Shown here piece after piece: positions 25,881 through 41,700 of a stretch of DNA of 64,000 nt. The translations under genes and the position numbers were made by a program. The notes beneath the pieces were generated by a model. The model saw only the letters and a list, made by a program, of their open reading frames with translations, ran no database searches and was not told the origin of the DNA. Positions within the stretch are counted from its first letter, which is position 1; the number at the start of each line of letters is the position of its first letter. This DNA is from Paraphysomonas bandaiensis. Lineage: Eukaryota > Protista > Chrysophyceae. Location of the stretch: positions 124,001 to 188,000 of the forward strand of contig CBFFRP010000295.1 of the NCBI GenBank assembly GCA_965644295.1, written 5' to 3'.

Positions 25881-25914
<34 letters not shown>

Positions 25915-28900
25915 TGTATGTATGTATGTATGTATGTATGTATGTATGTATGTATGTATGTATGTATGTATGTATGTATGTATGTATGTATGTATGTATG
26001 TATGTATGTATGTATGTATGTATGTATGTATGTATGTATGTATGTATGTATGTATGTATGTATGTATGTATGTATGTATGTATGTATGTATGTATGTATG
26101 TATGTATGTATGTATGTATGTATGTATGTATGTATGTATGTATGTATGTATGTATGTATGTGTATGTATGTATGTATGTATGTATGTATGTATGTACGTA
26201 TATACGTATATATGTACATGTATGTATGTATGTATGTATGTATGTATGTATGTATGTATGTATGTATGTATGTATGTATGTATGTATGTATGTATGTATG
26301 TATGTATGTATGTATGTATGTATGTATGTATGTATGTATGTATGTATGTATGTATGTATGTATGTATGTATGTATGTATGTATGTATGTATGTATGTATG
26401 TATGTATGTATGTATGTATGTATGTATGTATGTATGTATGTATGTATGTATGTATGTATGTATGTATGTATGTATGTATGTATGTATGTATGTATGTATG
26501 TATGTATGTATGTATGTATGTATGTATGTATGTATGTATGTATGTATGTATGTATGTATGTATGTATGTATGTATGTATGTATGTATGTATGTATGTATG
26601 TATGTATGTATGTATGTATGTATGTATGTATGTATGTATGTATGTATGTATGTATGTATGTATGTATGTATGTATGTATGTATGTATGTATGTATGTATG
26701 TATGTATGTATGTATGTATGTATGTATGTATGTATGTATGTATGTATGTATGTATGTATGTATGTATGTATGTATGTATGTATGTATGTATGTATGTATG
26801 TATGTATGTATGTATGTATGTATGTATGTATGTATGTATGTATGTATGTATGTATGTATGTATGTATGTATGTATGTATGTATGTATGTATGTATGTATG
26901 TATGTATGTATGTATGTATGTATGTATGTATGTATGTATGTATGTATGTATGTATGTATGTATGTATGTATGTATGTATGTATGTATGTATGTATGTATG
27001 TATGTATGTATGTATGTATGTATGTATGTATGTGTATGTATGTATGTATGTATGTATGTATGTATGTATGTATGTATGTATGTATGTATGTATGTATGTA
27101 TGTATGTATGTATGTATGTATGTATGTATGTATGTATGTATGTATGTATGTATGTATGTATGTATGTATGTATGTATGTATGTATGTATGTATGTATGTA
27201 TGTATGTATGTATGTATGTATGTATGTATGTATGTATGTATGTATGTATGTATGTATGTATGTATGTATGTATGTATGTATGTATGTATGTATGTATGTA
27301 TGTATGTATGTATGTATGTATGTATGTATGTATGTATGTATGTATGTATGTATGTATGTATGTATGTATGTATGTATGTATGTATGTATGTATGTATGTA
27401 TGTATGTATGTATGTATGTATGTATGTATGTATGTATGTATGTATGTATGTATGTATGTATGTATGTATGTATGTATGTATGTATGTATGTATGTATGTA
27501 TGTATGTATGTATGTATGTATGTATGTATGTATGTATGTATGTATGTATGTATGTATGTATGTATGTATGTATGTATGTATGTATGTATGTATGTATGTA
27601 TGTATGTATGTATGTATGTATGTATGTATGTATGTATGTATGTATGTATGTATGTATGTATGTATGTATGTATGTATGTATGTATGTATGTATGTATGTA
27701 TGTATGTATGTATGTATGTATGTATGTATGTATGTATGTATGTATGTATGTATGTATGTATGTATGTATGTATGTATGTATGTATGTATGTATGTATGTA
27801 TGTATGTATGTATGTATGTATGTATGTATGTATGTATGTATGTATGTATGTATGTATGTATGTATGTATGTATGTATGTATGTATGTATGTATGTATGTA
27901 TGTATGTATGTATGTATGTATGTATGTATGTATGTATGTATGTATGTATGTATGTATGTATGTATGTATGTATGTATGTATGTATGTATGTATGTATGTA
28001 TGTATGTATGTATGTATGTATGTATGTATGTATGTATGTATGTATGTATGTATGTATGTATGTATGTATGTATGTATGTATGTATGTATGTATGTATGTA
28101 TGTATGTATGTATGTATGTATGTATGTATGTATGTATGTATGTATGTATGTATGTATGTATGTATGTATGTATGTATGTATGTATGTATGTATGTATGTA
28201 TGTATGTATGTATGTATGTATGTATGTATGTATGTATGTATGTATGTATGTATGTATGTATGTATGTATGTATGTATGTATGTATGTATGTATGTATGTA
28301 TGTATGTATGTATGTATGTATGTATGTATGTATGTATGTATGTATGTATGTATGTATGTATGTATGTATGTATGTATGTATGTATGTATGTATGTATGTA
28401 TGTATGTATGTATGTATGTATGTATGTATGTATGTATGTATGTATGTATGTATGTATGTATGTATGTATGTATGTATGTATGTATGTATGTATGTATGTA
28501 TGTATGTATGTATGTATGTATGTATGTATGTATGTATGTATGTATGTATGTATGTATGTATGTATGTATGTATGTATGTATGTATGTATGTATGTATGTA
28601 TGTATGTATGTATGTATGTATGTATGTATGTATGTATGTATGTATGTATGTATGTATGTATGTATGTATGTATGTATGTATGTATGTATGTATGTATGTA
28701 TGTATGTATGTATGTATGTATGTATGTATGTATGTATATACGTATGTATGTATGTATGTATGTATGTATGTTTGTATGTATGTATGTATGTATGTATGTA
28801 TGTATGTATGTATGTATGTATGTATGTATGTATGTATGTATGTATGTATGTATGTATGTATGTATGTATGTATGTATGTATGTATGTATGTATGTATGTA

Positions 28901-31012
28901 TGTATGTATGTATGTATGTATGTATGTATGTATGTATGTATGTATGTATGTATGTATGTATGTATGTATGTACGTACGTATATACGTATATATGTACATG
29001 TATGTATGTATGTATGTATGTATGTATGTATGTATGTATGTATGTATGTATGTATGTATGTATGTATGTATGTATGTATGTATGTATGTATGTATGTATG
29101 TATGTATGTATGTATGTATGTATGTATGTATGTATGTATGTATGTATGTATGTATGTATGTATGTATGTATGTATGTATGTATGTATGTATGTATGTATG
29201 TATGTATGTATGTATGTATGTATGTATGTATGTATGTATGTATGTATGTATGTATGTATGTATGTATGTATGTATGTATGTATGTATGTATGTATGTATG
29301 TATGTATGTATGTATGTATGTATGTATGTATGTATGTATGTATGTATGTATGTATGTATGTATGTATGTATGTATGTATGTATGTATGTATGTATGTATG
29401 TATGTATGTATGTATGTATGTATGTATGTATGTATGTATGTATGTATGTATGTATGTATGTATGTATGTATGTGTATGTATGTATGTATGTATGTATGTA
29501 TGTATGTATGTATGTTTGTATGTATGTATGTATGTATGTATGTATGTATGTATGTATGTATGTATGTATGTATGTATGTTTGTATGTATGTATGTATGTA
29601 TGTATGTATGTATGTATGTATGTATGTATGTATGTATGTATGTATGTACGTACGTATATACGTATATATGTATGTATGTATGTATGTATGTTTGTATGTA
29701 TGTATGTATGTATGTATGTATGTATGTATGTATGTATGTATGTATGTATGTATGTATGTATGTATGTATGTACGTACGTATATACGTATATATGTACATG
29801 TATGTATGTATGTATGTATGTATGTATGTATGTATGTATGTATGTATGTATGTATGTATGTATGTATGTATGTATGTATGTATGTATGTATGTATGTATG
29901 TATGTATGTATGTATGTTTGTATGTATGTATGTATGTATGTATGTATGTATGTATGTATGTATGTATGTATGTATGTATGTATGTATGTATGTATGTATG
30001 TATGTATGTATGTATGTATGTATGTATGTATGTATGTATGTATGTATGTATGTATGTATGTATGTATATACGTATATATGTACATGTATGTATGTATGTA
30101 TATACGTATATATGTACATGTATGTATGTATGTATGTATGTATGTATGTATGTATGTATGTATGTATGTATGTATGTATGTATGTATGTATATACGTATA
30201 TATGTACATGTATGTATGTATGTATGTATGTATGTATGTATGTATGTATGTATGTATGTATGTATGTATGTATGTATGTACGTACGTATGTATGTATGTA
30301 TGTACGTATGTATGTATGTATGTATGTATGTATGTATGTATGTATGTATGTATGTATGTATGTATGTATGTATGTATGTATGATGTATGTATGTATGTAT
30401 GTATGTATGTATGTATGTATGTATGTATGTATGTATGTATGTATGTATGTATGTATGTATGTATGTATGTATGTATGTATGTATGTATGTATGTATGTAT
30501 GTATGTATGTATGTATGTATGTATGTATGTATGTATGTATGTATGTATGTATGTATGTATGTGTATGTATGTATGTATGTATGTATGTATGTATGTATGT
30601 ATGTATGTATGTATGTATGTATGTATGTATGTATGTATGTATGTATGTATGTATGTATGTATGTATGTATGTATGTATGTATGTATGTATGTGTATGTAT
30701 GTATGTATGTATGTATGTATGTATGTATGTATGTATGTATGTATGTATGTATGTATGTATGTATGTATGTATGTATGTATGTATGTATGTATGTATGTAT
30801 GTATGTATGTATGTATGTATGTATGTATATACGTATATATGTACATGTATGTATGTATGTATATACGTATATATGTACATGTATGTATGTATGTATGTAT
30901 GTATGTATGTATGTATGTATGTATGTATGTATGTATGTATGTATGTATGTATGTATGTATGTATGTATGTATGTATGTATGTATGTATGTATGTATGTAT
31001 GTATGTATGTAC
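24918..31012. repeat. 6.1-kb (TATG)n array with a recurrent variant module
   Basis: Seen directly; interrupted by TATATACGTATATATGTACATG, TTTG and TGTG variants. Confidence 0.98.
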
Positions 31013-31211
31013 CTGGAGATTGGTATATTTAAACTAGCTCTCATCCTCTAGTATATCACAATCCATCCATCTAAGTACTCTCCCCACTATCACTCTATTA
31101 CGAATACATCCTCTGTGCATATATATCCCTATAGCCGTACTCTGGCTATCTGTCATATGCTCAACTCATCTCTTCTAATTCACTTATCGTTATAGTGGTG
31201 TCACACATCTC

Positions 31212-34171
31212 ATGCATTCAGGTAGATTCTCTCCTATTAATAGCCCATCTCGCAGTAGGAGAGATGTGTCAGACTATGAGGATGATCTCCAATACAGTGA
31301 TGATGATACATATGATGACTGTGAGAGTCGCCCATCTCAACCCCCCCCTTCATATAGAGACGAAGAATCTATTCGTTCGCGCTCATCACATACAAGTGAA
31401 GCATATTCTAATTTAATGAATTTTCTCGATGCAGCATCCACTTCGCATCATTCACCGACAAAGCCGATCCACTCAAGACATAATAATAATGATGACGACG
31501 ACATGTCATCTATCAGTCATTCCATGTCATCACCATTTCGATCCAATACTGCAAATCATTCAGAATCTATTACGGGCAAGCGATTTGTATGGGATGAATT
31601 AGACGTTAACCCGAGTGCGGGTACGTCAGTTATTACGCACAGCGATGATGTCACGTTCTTCAAACCTCCATCTTACCACTCAAATCGTTCCGATGCATCA
31701 GTATCAACTTTGAAAACTAATATTGAGGAAGTAAAGCAAAAAGTAGATAGTATGAAATCTGAACTCAAAGTGAAAAGTAAATTAGTGAAGGAGTTGCAGT
31801 CGGAACTTACAAGACTGAAAGCTGCCAAAAGTATGTAAATACCTTGTGCAGTATTGTATCACATTTAATTTGTCTAGGTCGAAAAAAGGATAGAGCTACT
31901 AACCTTTGGGACAAAAAGCTACAGACGCTTCGGGAAGAAAATGCAAATGCCTTCAAGCGACAGAACGATTTTCTAAGCAAGGTTCTATTTCAGCATGTAC
32001 CTCGATTTCTGTAAGTTGCAATTAGGTTACGGAGGATGTGAAGAAGTTGATTTCGAAGTGTGAAGTGCTGGAAGCCCGAATTGGCGAAAGTCAAAGGCTC
32101 TATGAATCTAAAGTGAAATCCGCTGAAGACGAGGCTAGTCGAAGTAAAAGGCGCGCGAGAAGGCAGCTCGAAGCAGATGAAAGACAGGTGCAAGAATATT
32201 TCCTTTATGAATACATCTATGAATATATATATACATGTTGTGACAGTATTATCTCAGGTTTTCGAAAAACTTGCTGCTAGCAAGTCACAATCCATGCAAA
32301 AAACCGCAGCTGATATGATTGGCCCACAGCTGGAAGCGTTGGTAACTTCTAACCGCGATAAAATCACTAAACTCAAAGAGGATGGTGAAAAACGATTGAT
32401 TCAGAAAACAAAAGAGCTTAGATCGGATCTGCAAGCAAAGCATGATGTCGCACTGAAGGGATTACGGGAAAGATTGGACATTGAAGATGATAGTGGCGAG
32501 AACATGAGACAGAGAAAAGTCCGGGAAGTATCAAAAAGGTATTTCATATATTGAATATAGTGTGGAGCACTGTGTTGAACTTTATAAGTTGCTTTTTTGG
32601 AGAGGCTTTATGAAGCTATGATTGATCTGTATGACGATTTATGTGAACCCGCATCGACTATGTAATTTGTACTGCATCCAAAGTAATGTAATTTCTACCA
32701 GACATTCAGATGAAATCGCTTCACTGCAGCAGCGATTCCAGCAAGAGAAAGCCATTGTTGACCAAAATGCAGATCGTAGACGTAGAATTAATGCTGACAG
32801 TATACTGGAACAGACAGGATTGTTCAGACAGACTGAAAAGGAAGCTATCGCCGATTTGACTTCGAAACAGCAGCGTGAATTGAATAGTCTCATTTCATCT
32901 CATATGAGGGATATGGAACGGTTAAGGGACGAGTTAGAAAGGGAATTTGAACAATGGAAAGAAAATGTGAAGCAACAGGTATTGTAAAAACCAGAGTTAG
33001 GATATGTACATATGTTGGTTATGACATAGAGAGAGTCTGCTGTGTTGTGACACTGCTGTCATATAATGCGGGAGTGTCCTGCTAATATCATGTTTATACT
33101 AACGACCTACTTTCTATCACCAGGAGGAATTCAAGGCTAATACTCATGAAAAAGAAGTTCAGACACAACTGAAGCGCGAAGCTGTTTTAGAGCTCGAGAA
33201 CATTCGCACCAAGTTAAGAGAAGAGTCCGCTAAGGAGAGAGAAAAAATTAAGAAGCAAATTGATGACGAGGTGGAGGCAGCAAGGTTAAAGATCAATGAA
33301 GGCTTGGTGTCCATGCAAGAATCAAGTGCCAAGTAAGTGTATGTGCTGTGCTGCGTATGCAAACGAGCAGTATTCATGTTGTGATGTTCACGCGTAGAGT
33401 TGTACTTATACAGCCTAATGTATATAGTTGTTGTGTAGCACAATTTATTTATTAACTAACTTACGCTGTACCAGTTCTGCCGAAATGATCGCAGATCTCG
33501 AACAAGAAGTTGGTCATTTGAAACGGCGTCTAGCATCTCAGAGGTCAACCAACTCGTATCTGCAAGAGGAAATATCGAATGAGTCTACAACGCTCAAATT
33601 AGCTACTGTAGATGGTATTGGGTCATGTATATCTAGCACTCTACCGGAAGACGCTGACGTCGGGGTTCCTACTGATGACGATAGTTTGTCTAGCTATAAC
33701 ACTACAGGACTCTTGTTGGCTGAGGAGCAACGAGATTTTGATGCTAGATTGAGACAAAAGGAAGATGAAGTGAGGTGGGAAAGAGAGAAGATGAGAAGCG
33801 AAGTGGAAAGCGAGAAGTCCCACAGAGATGAAATGAACCAGCAACAGCAGATGGAAATTACAAATAAGAAACAAGAAATGGCGGTTAGTATTTGCTTATA
33901 TTGTAGCACGTGTAAATATGGATTGCACTTTGTATTTCATACGTGAGTCGTGTGGTTAAATAGATATGCTCATACGCGGCGTAATCATTATATGTGATAG
34001 GATGAGATTCGTCGAATTGAAGACAAAATATCAACTCTGCTTAGGGCTCGGGATGCCGCTATTGGAGATATGAGGAAGGTGTTATCGGACTTGAGACATA
34101 ATAATGTGACTCTTGAAGAAGCTCTAGACGAATATCGCACTAAAAAAATTGCCTCTGTGGAAGCTAAGTAG
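31212..34171 (+). CDS. CEP131/AZI1-like centriolar-satellite coiled-coil protein, multi-exon
   Basis: KRQNDFLSKVTEDVKKLISKCE, EKLAASKSQSMQKTAADMIGPQLEALV and the C-terminal DEIRRIEDKISTLLRARDAAI..LEEALDEYR align by eye with conserved CEP131 blocks. Confidence 0.7.
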
Positions 34172-34412
34172 GGCAGAAGTTGAGCGAAACGCTCTCACTG
34201 TTGTATTCATTTATAGAGTTGTAGTGTTTGGACCGATCAATACGCATAGTAATTAGATTATAATATTATGACACTATTTGTTACGGAGATTTGAAGTAGT
34301 ATTTTTTATATCGTCAAATTCTGAAGACATTACACTGGGATTTAGAAGTGACAATCCTTCGATAGCAACAATTACGTCTTCGATAACTACAGAACATGTT
34401 AGAAATATTGTC

Positions 34413-35535
34413 GTGAATGTCTGTTATTAGCAATAGGCGTGTAAGAGTAAGAACTAAATTAGCAAAACAATTTAACTAACTAGTGCTAAACTCTGATATC
34501 CTACTATTTGGAGCTATGAAAGTTGCTTGTGCGTCACAGCTACAAGCACCAAGGTGTCTTAGGTAAACAGCCCTGATGCTTGACTTCAGTGGGCATATAT
34601 ATGTATTGAAAGTCTTATTATTAGCAATAGGCGTTAAGAATCAGCACCAGTTTAGTAGGTAGAAGAAAACTAGTCAAGCTAGGTAGACGTTTACCTGTAA
34701 CTAGCTAGTGCAAACTCTATTATCCTACTACTTAACGCTACGGAGACTACTTGTGCGTCGCAACTACCTCCGCTCTATCGCTCAAAGCAAACACCGCGAG
34801 CAAGCAGAATGTGGATATACCTGACATCTGCTAACTTCAGGTGAAAATCCCGAATGCTTGACTTCAGGAGGCAGCCCAATACCCCGGTTACCCTTCAGGT
34901 GAGCCCTGTCCCGGATGCCTGTTTATTCGTCAAGGCCCAAAGACGTCTACACAAGTGACACTTATTGGTGTCCCTTGTACCACTCATTCGGCTATGATTG
35001 GGCAGCAGAATAATATCTGCTGCCTATATACTATATATGCGGCTCACGTTAGCTTCTCGGAGAAATATCTTTGGTACTTCTCCCGAGAACATACATCACG
35101 AAAAGGTGCGAGTTCGACTTTGTTGAGGGCTTTAGTAGGCAGCCCAACAATACCCCGGATGCCCTTGAGGTGGCCCATTCCCGGAAGCCTGTTTATTCGT
35201 CAAGGCCCAAAAAGACGTCTACTACACAAGCATTTGGCTATATATACGGCTTACGTTCGTTTCCCGGAGAAAGATATATATAAAAGTTTTCGTTTTAGCA
35301 ATAGTAGGCGTCGAGAATCAGAATCAGATTAGTAGCTAGATGAAAACTAGTCAAGCTAGAAATAGACTTCTACTTCTTCTTGTAACTATTTAGTACAAAT
35401 TCTCATATCCTACTATATAACGCAGCGAAAGCTGCTTGTGCGTCGCCGCAAGCACCAAGTTTCCCGAGAAATGTCTCCGGCACTTATCCCCCAGAATATC
35501 ACGAAAAGATGTGAGTTCGACATAGTGAAGAGATA
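34413..35535 (+). repeat. Cluster of three partial/tandem R1 copies
   Basis: R1 start motifs at ~34413, ~34604 and ~35280; end motif CACGAAAAG(G/A)TG(C/T)GAGTTCGAC at ~35097 and ~35499. Confidence 0.8.
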
Positions 35536-36176
35536 TTAGATATATGTTACCATTCACTTATATAATAGCTTATATAGTTTTAAGTCAGTAACTGGATTTA
35601 CTTTCTTTGTAACTATATTTACTCGTTACATCTGTGAGTTGATTTTTTCACCTTTTGTACACTATTATCTCACTTCAATTACACAATCTATGTATGCATC
35701 CGTCGCTTCATACTGCAGAGCTCAATACAGTATTATTTTGAATGTGTTTCTTGCAAGTATTAAGTACCTACAGGCTCTACTTCTAATTATATAAATTTTG
35801 TTCTGTTTGTTATGCATTTGTGAATAACATATCTACATAACTACGTAACATGCGTCATCTAAAAATGATCGCTATCGTATACGATATATCGGTAGATCTA
35901 GTGCCTACCGCCGGAATTCAATGTTGCGTCATTATTTATACTTTTAAGAGCTAATTCATATTAGATCCCATCAATATTCAATGTATTACTATATCATTTT
36001 CATTTAAATTAGCATGCCGTTCTCTCTAATACTCCTTTAGATGGATAATATCAATAACTATACATCCTCCTATGTTGTACTCCTAGTACAAGAAAGCAAA
36101 ATAAATTGTTCAAATCAATGCCTTTTCTACATCCAAATAAACCATTTCATCGCTAATACACCAGTAAATAACTTGT

Positions 36177-38115
36177 TTAATGCAAAGATACACCAGAACT
36201 CCGTTTGTTTGGCGCCATAGAGTTGTAATCCTGATGAGTAATGTTGGTATATATCGGCGAATTTTCTTCCGTATCTCTTGCCGAAGTACTAACAGTAGAA
36301 TATCCCTTACTAGATTTCTGGTCATGCGAATATCTTTGTACAGGTGCGTCGATCACGCATATATAATGTGCATATATGTAACATGCGATCATGACCAGTG
36401 TAATGCTAATAATAGCCGTTGTGAAGGCCTGTGGACCGTACGTCTCCATGGCATTGCCCACAATCATTGGGATGAAAGATTCGCCTATTGTACCCGAAAT
36501 AATAAAAACTGTGGTGCAAGAAGTGTCCCTGTGATAGAAAATATTAGTCCGAGTTGTTCTCTGACAGTCTGTCAATTACGAGGAAATACAATTACTACTT
36601 AATCATGCGCCGTTTACGGATGAAACACAGTACTTACATGGTATACCCATAATCAAAAGCTAGCCCCATCACAAGGGGAAATATACAGCTATTTCCATAT
36701 CCAATCATACCAGTAGCAATACTCAACGGGTGGTACTCGTCCTTGTCAACATATGCAAGAACAAGTACCCCTAAACCAACACATACAAGCTGAAATCGTA
36801 ACATCGTGGACGTAGAGAGAAATATGGTGGCTGGAACACTAAGGGCACTTCCAAGGGTCATATACTGATAGTATACAGACGTTAAGTAAGCTGCGTCCGA
36901 TTGTGAGGTGGTGACACCATCTAATAACGCATAGCTTGTAATCCAGCCACTGTATGCATGAAAGAGCCCGTAATGCAACAACACAAATACACTCATGCTT
37001 ACACGGAATAGCCACGGAACAATTTCAATATTTGAAACAGCTATTAATTCTATCTTGTCCTGCATGGAAGGAGTTGCAAATGTCAATGTCCGTCCGCGTC
37101 CTTCTGGGGCCACAGAGTCGGACGTATTGGATGACACAGTATCTCCAGTGGTCGCAGTTAGCGAGGTGTCAAGTGCAATGTCCAGTAGCTCCACCACTTC
37201 ATCGTTGGTAAGAGTTCCAGACCGTTGACGATGTAATACATTTGTCAAAGACTGGTCCATTGCTTTAATATCATCAGCAACATACGGATCTTCGTCTAAT
37301 AGAGAGTGGTGTGTAAGCGAGCAGATATCCTCAGCCTCTTCGCGTACCTCCAGTATATGTGTTAATTCATGTGTACATGGAGAGTCAGAATGGTCACATT
37401 CCCCTTCATGAAGGAATTTATGAGATCGGTAACTAAGGAGATTGTCTAACCCAAGTCCAATCAAGGAGCAAAAACAGAGCAGCCCAGCAAGTAGAAATGC
37501 AACTTTGTAGCCATACGTACTGACCAGAAATGGCCCAATTACACCACCGATCCCAATAGCAGTTGGCTTAATTTGCATCCAAGGCTAAAAAGACAGTAAA
37601 TTAAAATCACGGTTAGAGTAGCAGCACAGCAATATCTATGTATACATATAGCAGATGCACTGTTTGGAGAGGCATTCATAACTTACCTGGACACGCTGAC
37701 TCCAGTTCTCCAGCAAAGATAGTGTGGCATACGTATGCACACCTCCAAACCCACATCCTTGTCCAAACGCAAGCAACATAATGAACCCGAAATCAGTAGT
37801 GGTGGATACGAGCATAGTGGAGACCCCAGACACAAGTATAGATATACACACTAGCACATGTTTCGGTATGGCACTGTGGACATACGTAAGATAGGCTGCA
37901 GAAGCCAGTGTCCCTGCCATATATCCGGCTCCTCGACAGGAGAAAATACCCCCAAAATCCGTCGAAGAAACATGAGTAACAGCAGCGAGTTGAGGGATAG
38001 CTGCACCGACAATACCTGTACACGCTCCTCGGCCTATACAAGCTCCGTACACCACTAGACTCGCACATATGCGAGGGATGTCCTCTCGGGTTAAGGAGAA
38101 TCCAGGGGATGGCAT
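36177..38115 (-). CDS. MFS transporter (MFSD4/FucP-like), 3 exons
   Basis: Hydrophobic helices; GAAIPQLA..GGIFSCRGAGY, GIGGVIGP, GNSCIFP and GTIGESFIPMIVG motifs; long acidic central loop. Confidence 0.85.
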
Positions 38116-38755
38116 GTTAGCTTATGGGAGATAGTGAATTAAATGCTAGAGTTTCATATGCATGTTATGGAACAACACCGCCTACAGTACGGTATACCTG
38201 GTATATGTACTGCTCTACTACGCATCAGATACTGCTGAGGTGTACGGAGTGGCACGTGTATCTCTTGTACGAAGAAGTAGAGTAGTGTACATTGTTATCA
38301 GAAAAGAGACACTCGTTTTTTTGTCCTTCACATATTAAAATCCAGAGTTTTGATTTGAGATTATCTTCGGTTTTGTGAATACTTGATAAATATGACAAAC
38401 TTAACTTGCTTGTCACTCATGGACGGAGTACCAACTAGTATACCAATAACTTGTACGTCTATGAAAATATATGCTTATGATTGGTGGATCCATGACTGGT
38501 GTATGGAGGGAGATATCATGTACTGCATACTGTGCTGTATATGTCCAGGTGACTTGTGGATTGTGGATAGATATGTGTATATGTGTATGTATATACTGGC
38601 TGTATGTGTAGGGTGTCACTGCCTGTGTATCTGACACGTGAGAATGTAGAATAAATAGCATGCACACAACACATTGGCATGATTCAATCAATATGATAAT
38701 GTTCAAGGAGTACACTCACATCTCTCTCTGTCCATAAGATCGAATTTGAATTGAA

Positions 38756-41700
38756 ATGAACGAAAATATTACTGTTACAGTGACTAATTTAGAGTACAGT
38801 CCAAGCGTGTACATACCCACTCTATCTGACTTTATTCAGTCATTCAAAGTCTCTGTAAGTGTAAATTAGAAGAAACTCATGATAGTGTGTAACGAGTAGA
38901 TGTATTTTAGGAGCAAAATGTATCTAAAGAGCTGCATAACGTATCCTTTACGGCACTACCCTCCCAATTAACGCTTATCATGTCTTCTAGTGTGATAGAG
39001 AGAAGGTATATGTGTAACTTTCTGCGTTAACCGTTCTTTACGATTTTGAATAGTTCTTTGATGGAGCTACTGGCATGTAGACGGAGATTTGGTGTATGTG
39101 GAGGAGAAATCACATTCTCCGGAAGCAAAATTGTCAGCGATCAATATGCCAGAGCCTCATTCTTCTCTAATGTATGTTCGTTATTCAGTATTATATACCA
39201 AATTTGTGATATGTGCACTTTAATTCTAAAGAGTAGTACTGTATATCTATTCATCAGTGCATTGTATATCTATATAGAAAAGTTCTTTTGCTAACGGCTA
39301 TATATGAAGGCTTCCCCACACCTCTATACCTGTGGCCTCACGTACGCCGAAACACTCGAGTATGCCTCCCGTCTTCGTAACCTTGATTCATCCAGTAAAA
39401 CCCCATACACCACCCAAGTGGCCTTTCTTTTGTCTATCATGAACCTTGAAGATTACTCAGATACCATTATTAGTGAGCGACCTTCAATGAGGGGACCATT
39501 AGGTGGGGCATTGAGGCGACTGATGATTGCTGTGTCGATCGCACACTTGGCCCCGGTGATGTTATTGGAAGATCCAATCAGTGATATAGATACATGTGAA
39601 GGAGAAATCATTATGGGATGCTTGAGAAAACTCGCTCATCGGGGTCACACAGTCGTTTGTACAGCACATAAACCCACCACCAAGACGATTAACCAAGCCC
39701 ATAATTTAGTAGTGTTGGCATCAGGGTATACAATATATGCTGCTCCAGTCGATCGTATAGTGCCGTATTTCACCAGCATTCACTATCAGATGAAAAATGA
39801 TCGCGAGACCAACTGTGTTGTTGACTTCATATATGATATAGCATCGGGCGCAGAGAGACAAGTCAACGCCCGCGAATCAACTCCTGTCGAAGAATTGCAA
39901 GTCCTTTTTGAATCATCTAATTACCACGATAAATTGGCACCGCTTGACGGTAAATATGTCTTTTATATTCTACCGAAGCGCAAATCGGGTTGTTTTACCA
40001 AGCCAGATAGTGTTTTTACAACAAGAAAATATTTACAAACTTTATGGACTGTCACTTGCAGAGCTATATACGTAAAGATTTGTGAAAAAGAAGTCTTGAT
40101 TCGTTCATTGCAGTCGTCGCTTTTATTGGGGCTAATTTTAGGGTATTTTTGTTGGGGAAAAGGACAAGACTTCGATTATTGTATGAACATGATGGACGCT
40201 GCATATCTACAAGTGATGACGATAACATCCCATTTGTGGGTTGTTCCCTCCGCCGTATTTAGCATGCAAGTTATTAATATTCACTTAATATGCCAGAAAA
40301 TACTGTTGTACCGGGATGAGCATGCCGTTAATTGCTGTCCGACGAGTATATTTTGGTTAGCTACGCTTTTATCAGAAATTCCGTTTTCGATTGCTTTTAC
40401 GTTGATTATAAGCAACCTGTTTTACTTTATGGCGAAGCTGAACACTGGAATATATGAATATCTTTATTTTGTGGCTACTATGTCTTTGACTTCAGCTATA
40501 GGTATTACGTCTGCAATACTTTTCGCTTCTGTTATACAAAGAGAGTTCATTGTTCGAGATTTTTTCATGTATTGTACCTTCATGATGACTCTCATGTCGG
40601 GTTATTTATTTAAATACGACTTGATGACAGAGAGTAGCGTGTACTTCACAAAGATCAATCCTCTAAGGTGGACGTTCGAAGCGCTAATGTATTGGAAATA
40701 TAAAACATACCCGGATGGTCTTGCTTATTTGGAACGATATTCCATAGAGAATTTCGACCCGTATATGGTATATGTTATATTGGGAAATTTTTTGATATTT
40801 TCCACGTCCTGTATACTTGTTAGCTTGTGGTGGCGATGGCCGAACACATTACGGAGAAAAGTCTCTCCAGAAAGTGGTAGAACTAGCTCGCTACTATCCG
40901 ACACCCGTTCGTCGTCGGGTGACGAATATATCACCCGTTTCCTGAGCTCCACCACCATGCCCCCTACCATATTCCGGCGAGTCACATCTGTGTCCAGTTC
41001 CCATTCGTATGGACTCCTGACCTCTGTAGGAGTCGCGAATGTTGAGGAGAAAGCAAGTTTGAGAGCTGGTCCTACTGTTGTATTTCAGGATATATGTTGT
41101 GTTATCAAAGGGCGCAAAGATTCAGGAGAAAATATATTACACGCCATGTCTGGAAAGTGTGATTGGGGTCGTCTGACTGTTATTATGGGCGCAGAAAAAT
41201 CGGGAAAGTCGTCGCTACTGCATATATTGGCTGGAGAGATGGTGTCGACTTCGAATTATAGTGTATATGGAGATATTTTATATGACAATAAACCTATCGA
41301 TCGACGTATATCAACATTCAAAAGATGCGGTTTTGTGGAATCTGAAGATATTCATTTTCGCGACTTAACTGTGGTGGAAATTATAACATATGCCCTCAGA
41401 CTTAGGACTGTAGATTCCACGTACTGCTACAGTACGATTGACGTGAACAATGTAGTGTCGCATGTCATTGACTTGCTACAGCTTCACGAGTAGGTTTCGT
41501 GTATATGTTCCAGTATTAGCTGTATAATGCTGTAGAGTATGGTATATAATTTTTTTTGTCATATTATTGAGGCTTTGATATAAACCAATACTAATGCTGG
41601 TAAAATGCAGATTTAGAGATGTTAAGTCGAAACTCTTATCTATTGGGTGCGCTCGTCGCCTGTCGATGGCCGAAGAATTAGTCCATGAACCGTCGCTGTT

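Noticed and set aside
24918-31012. Telomeric or CRISPR-like array
   Set aside because: It is interstitial, lacks G-runs and unique spacers, and has no cas genes in this eukaryotic context.
24771-31051. ORFs of ~2000 aa (MYVC/HTYI repeats), and similar ORFs near 5300-5620, 49670-50120 and 52210-52570
   Set aside because: These are stop-free translations of the TATG tetranucleotide in all six frames, not proteins.
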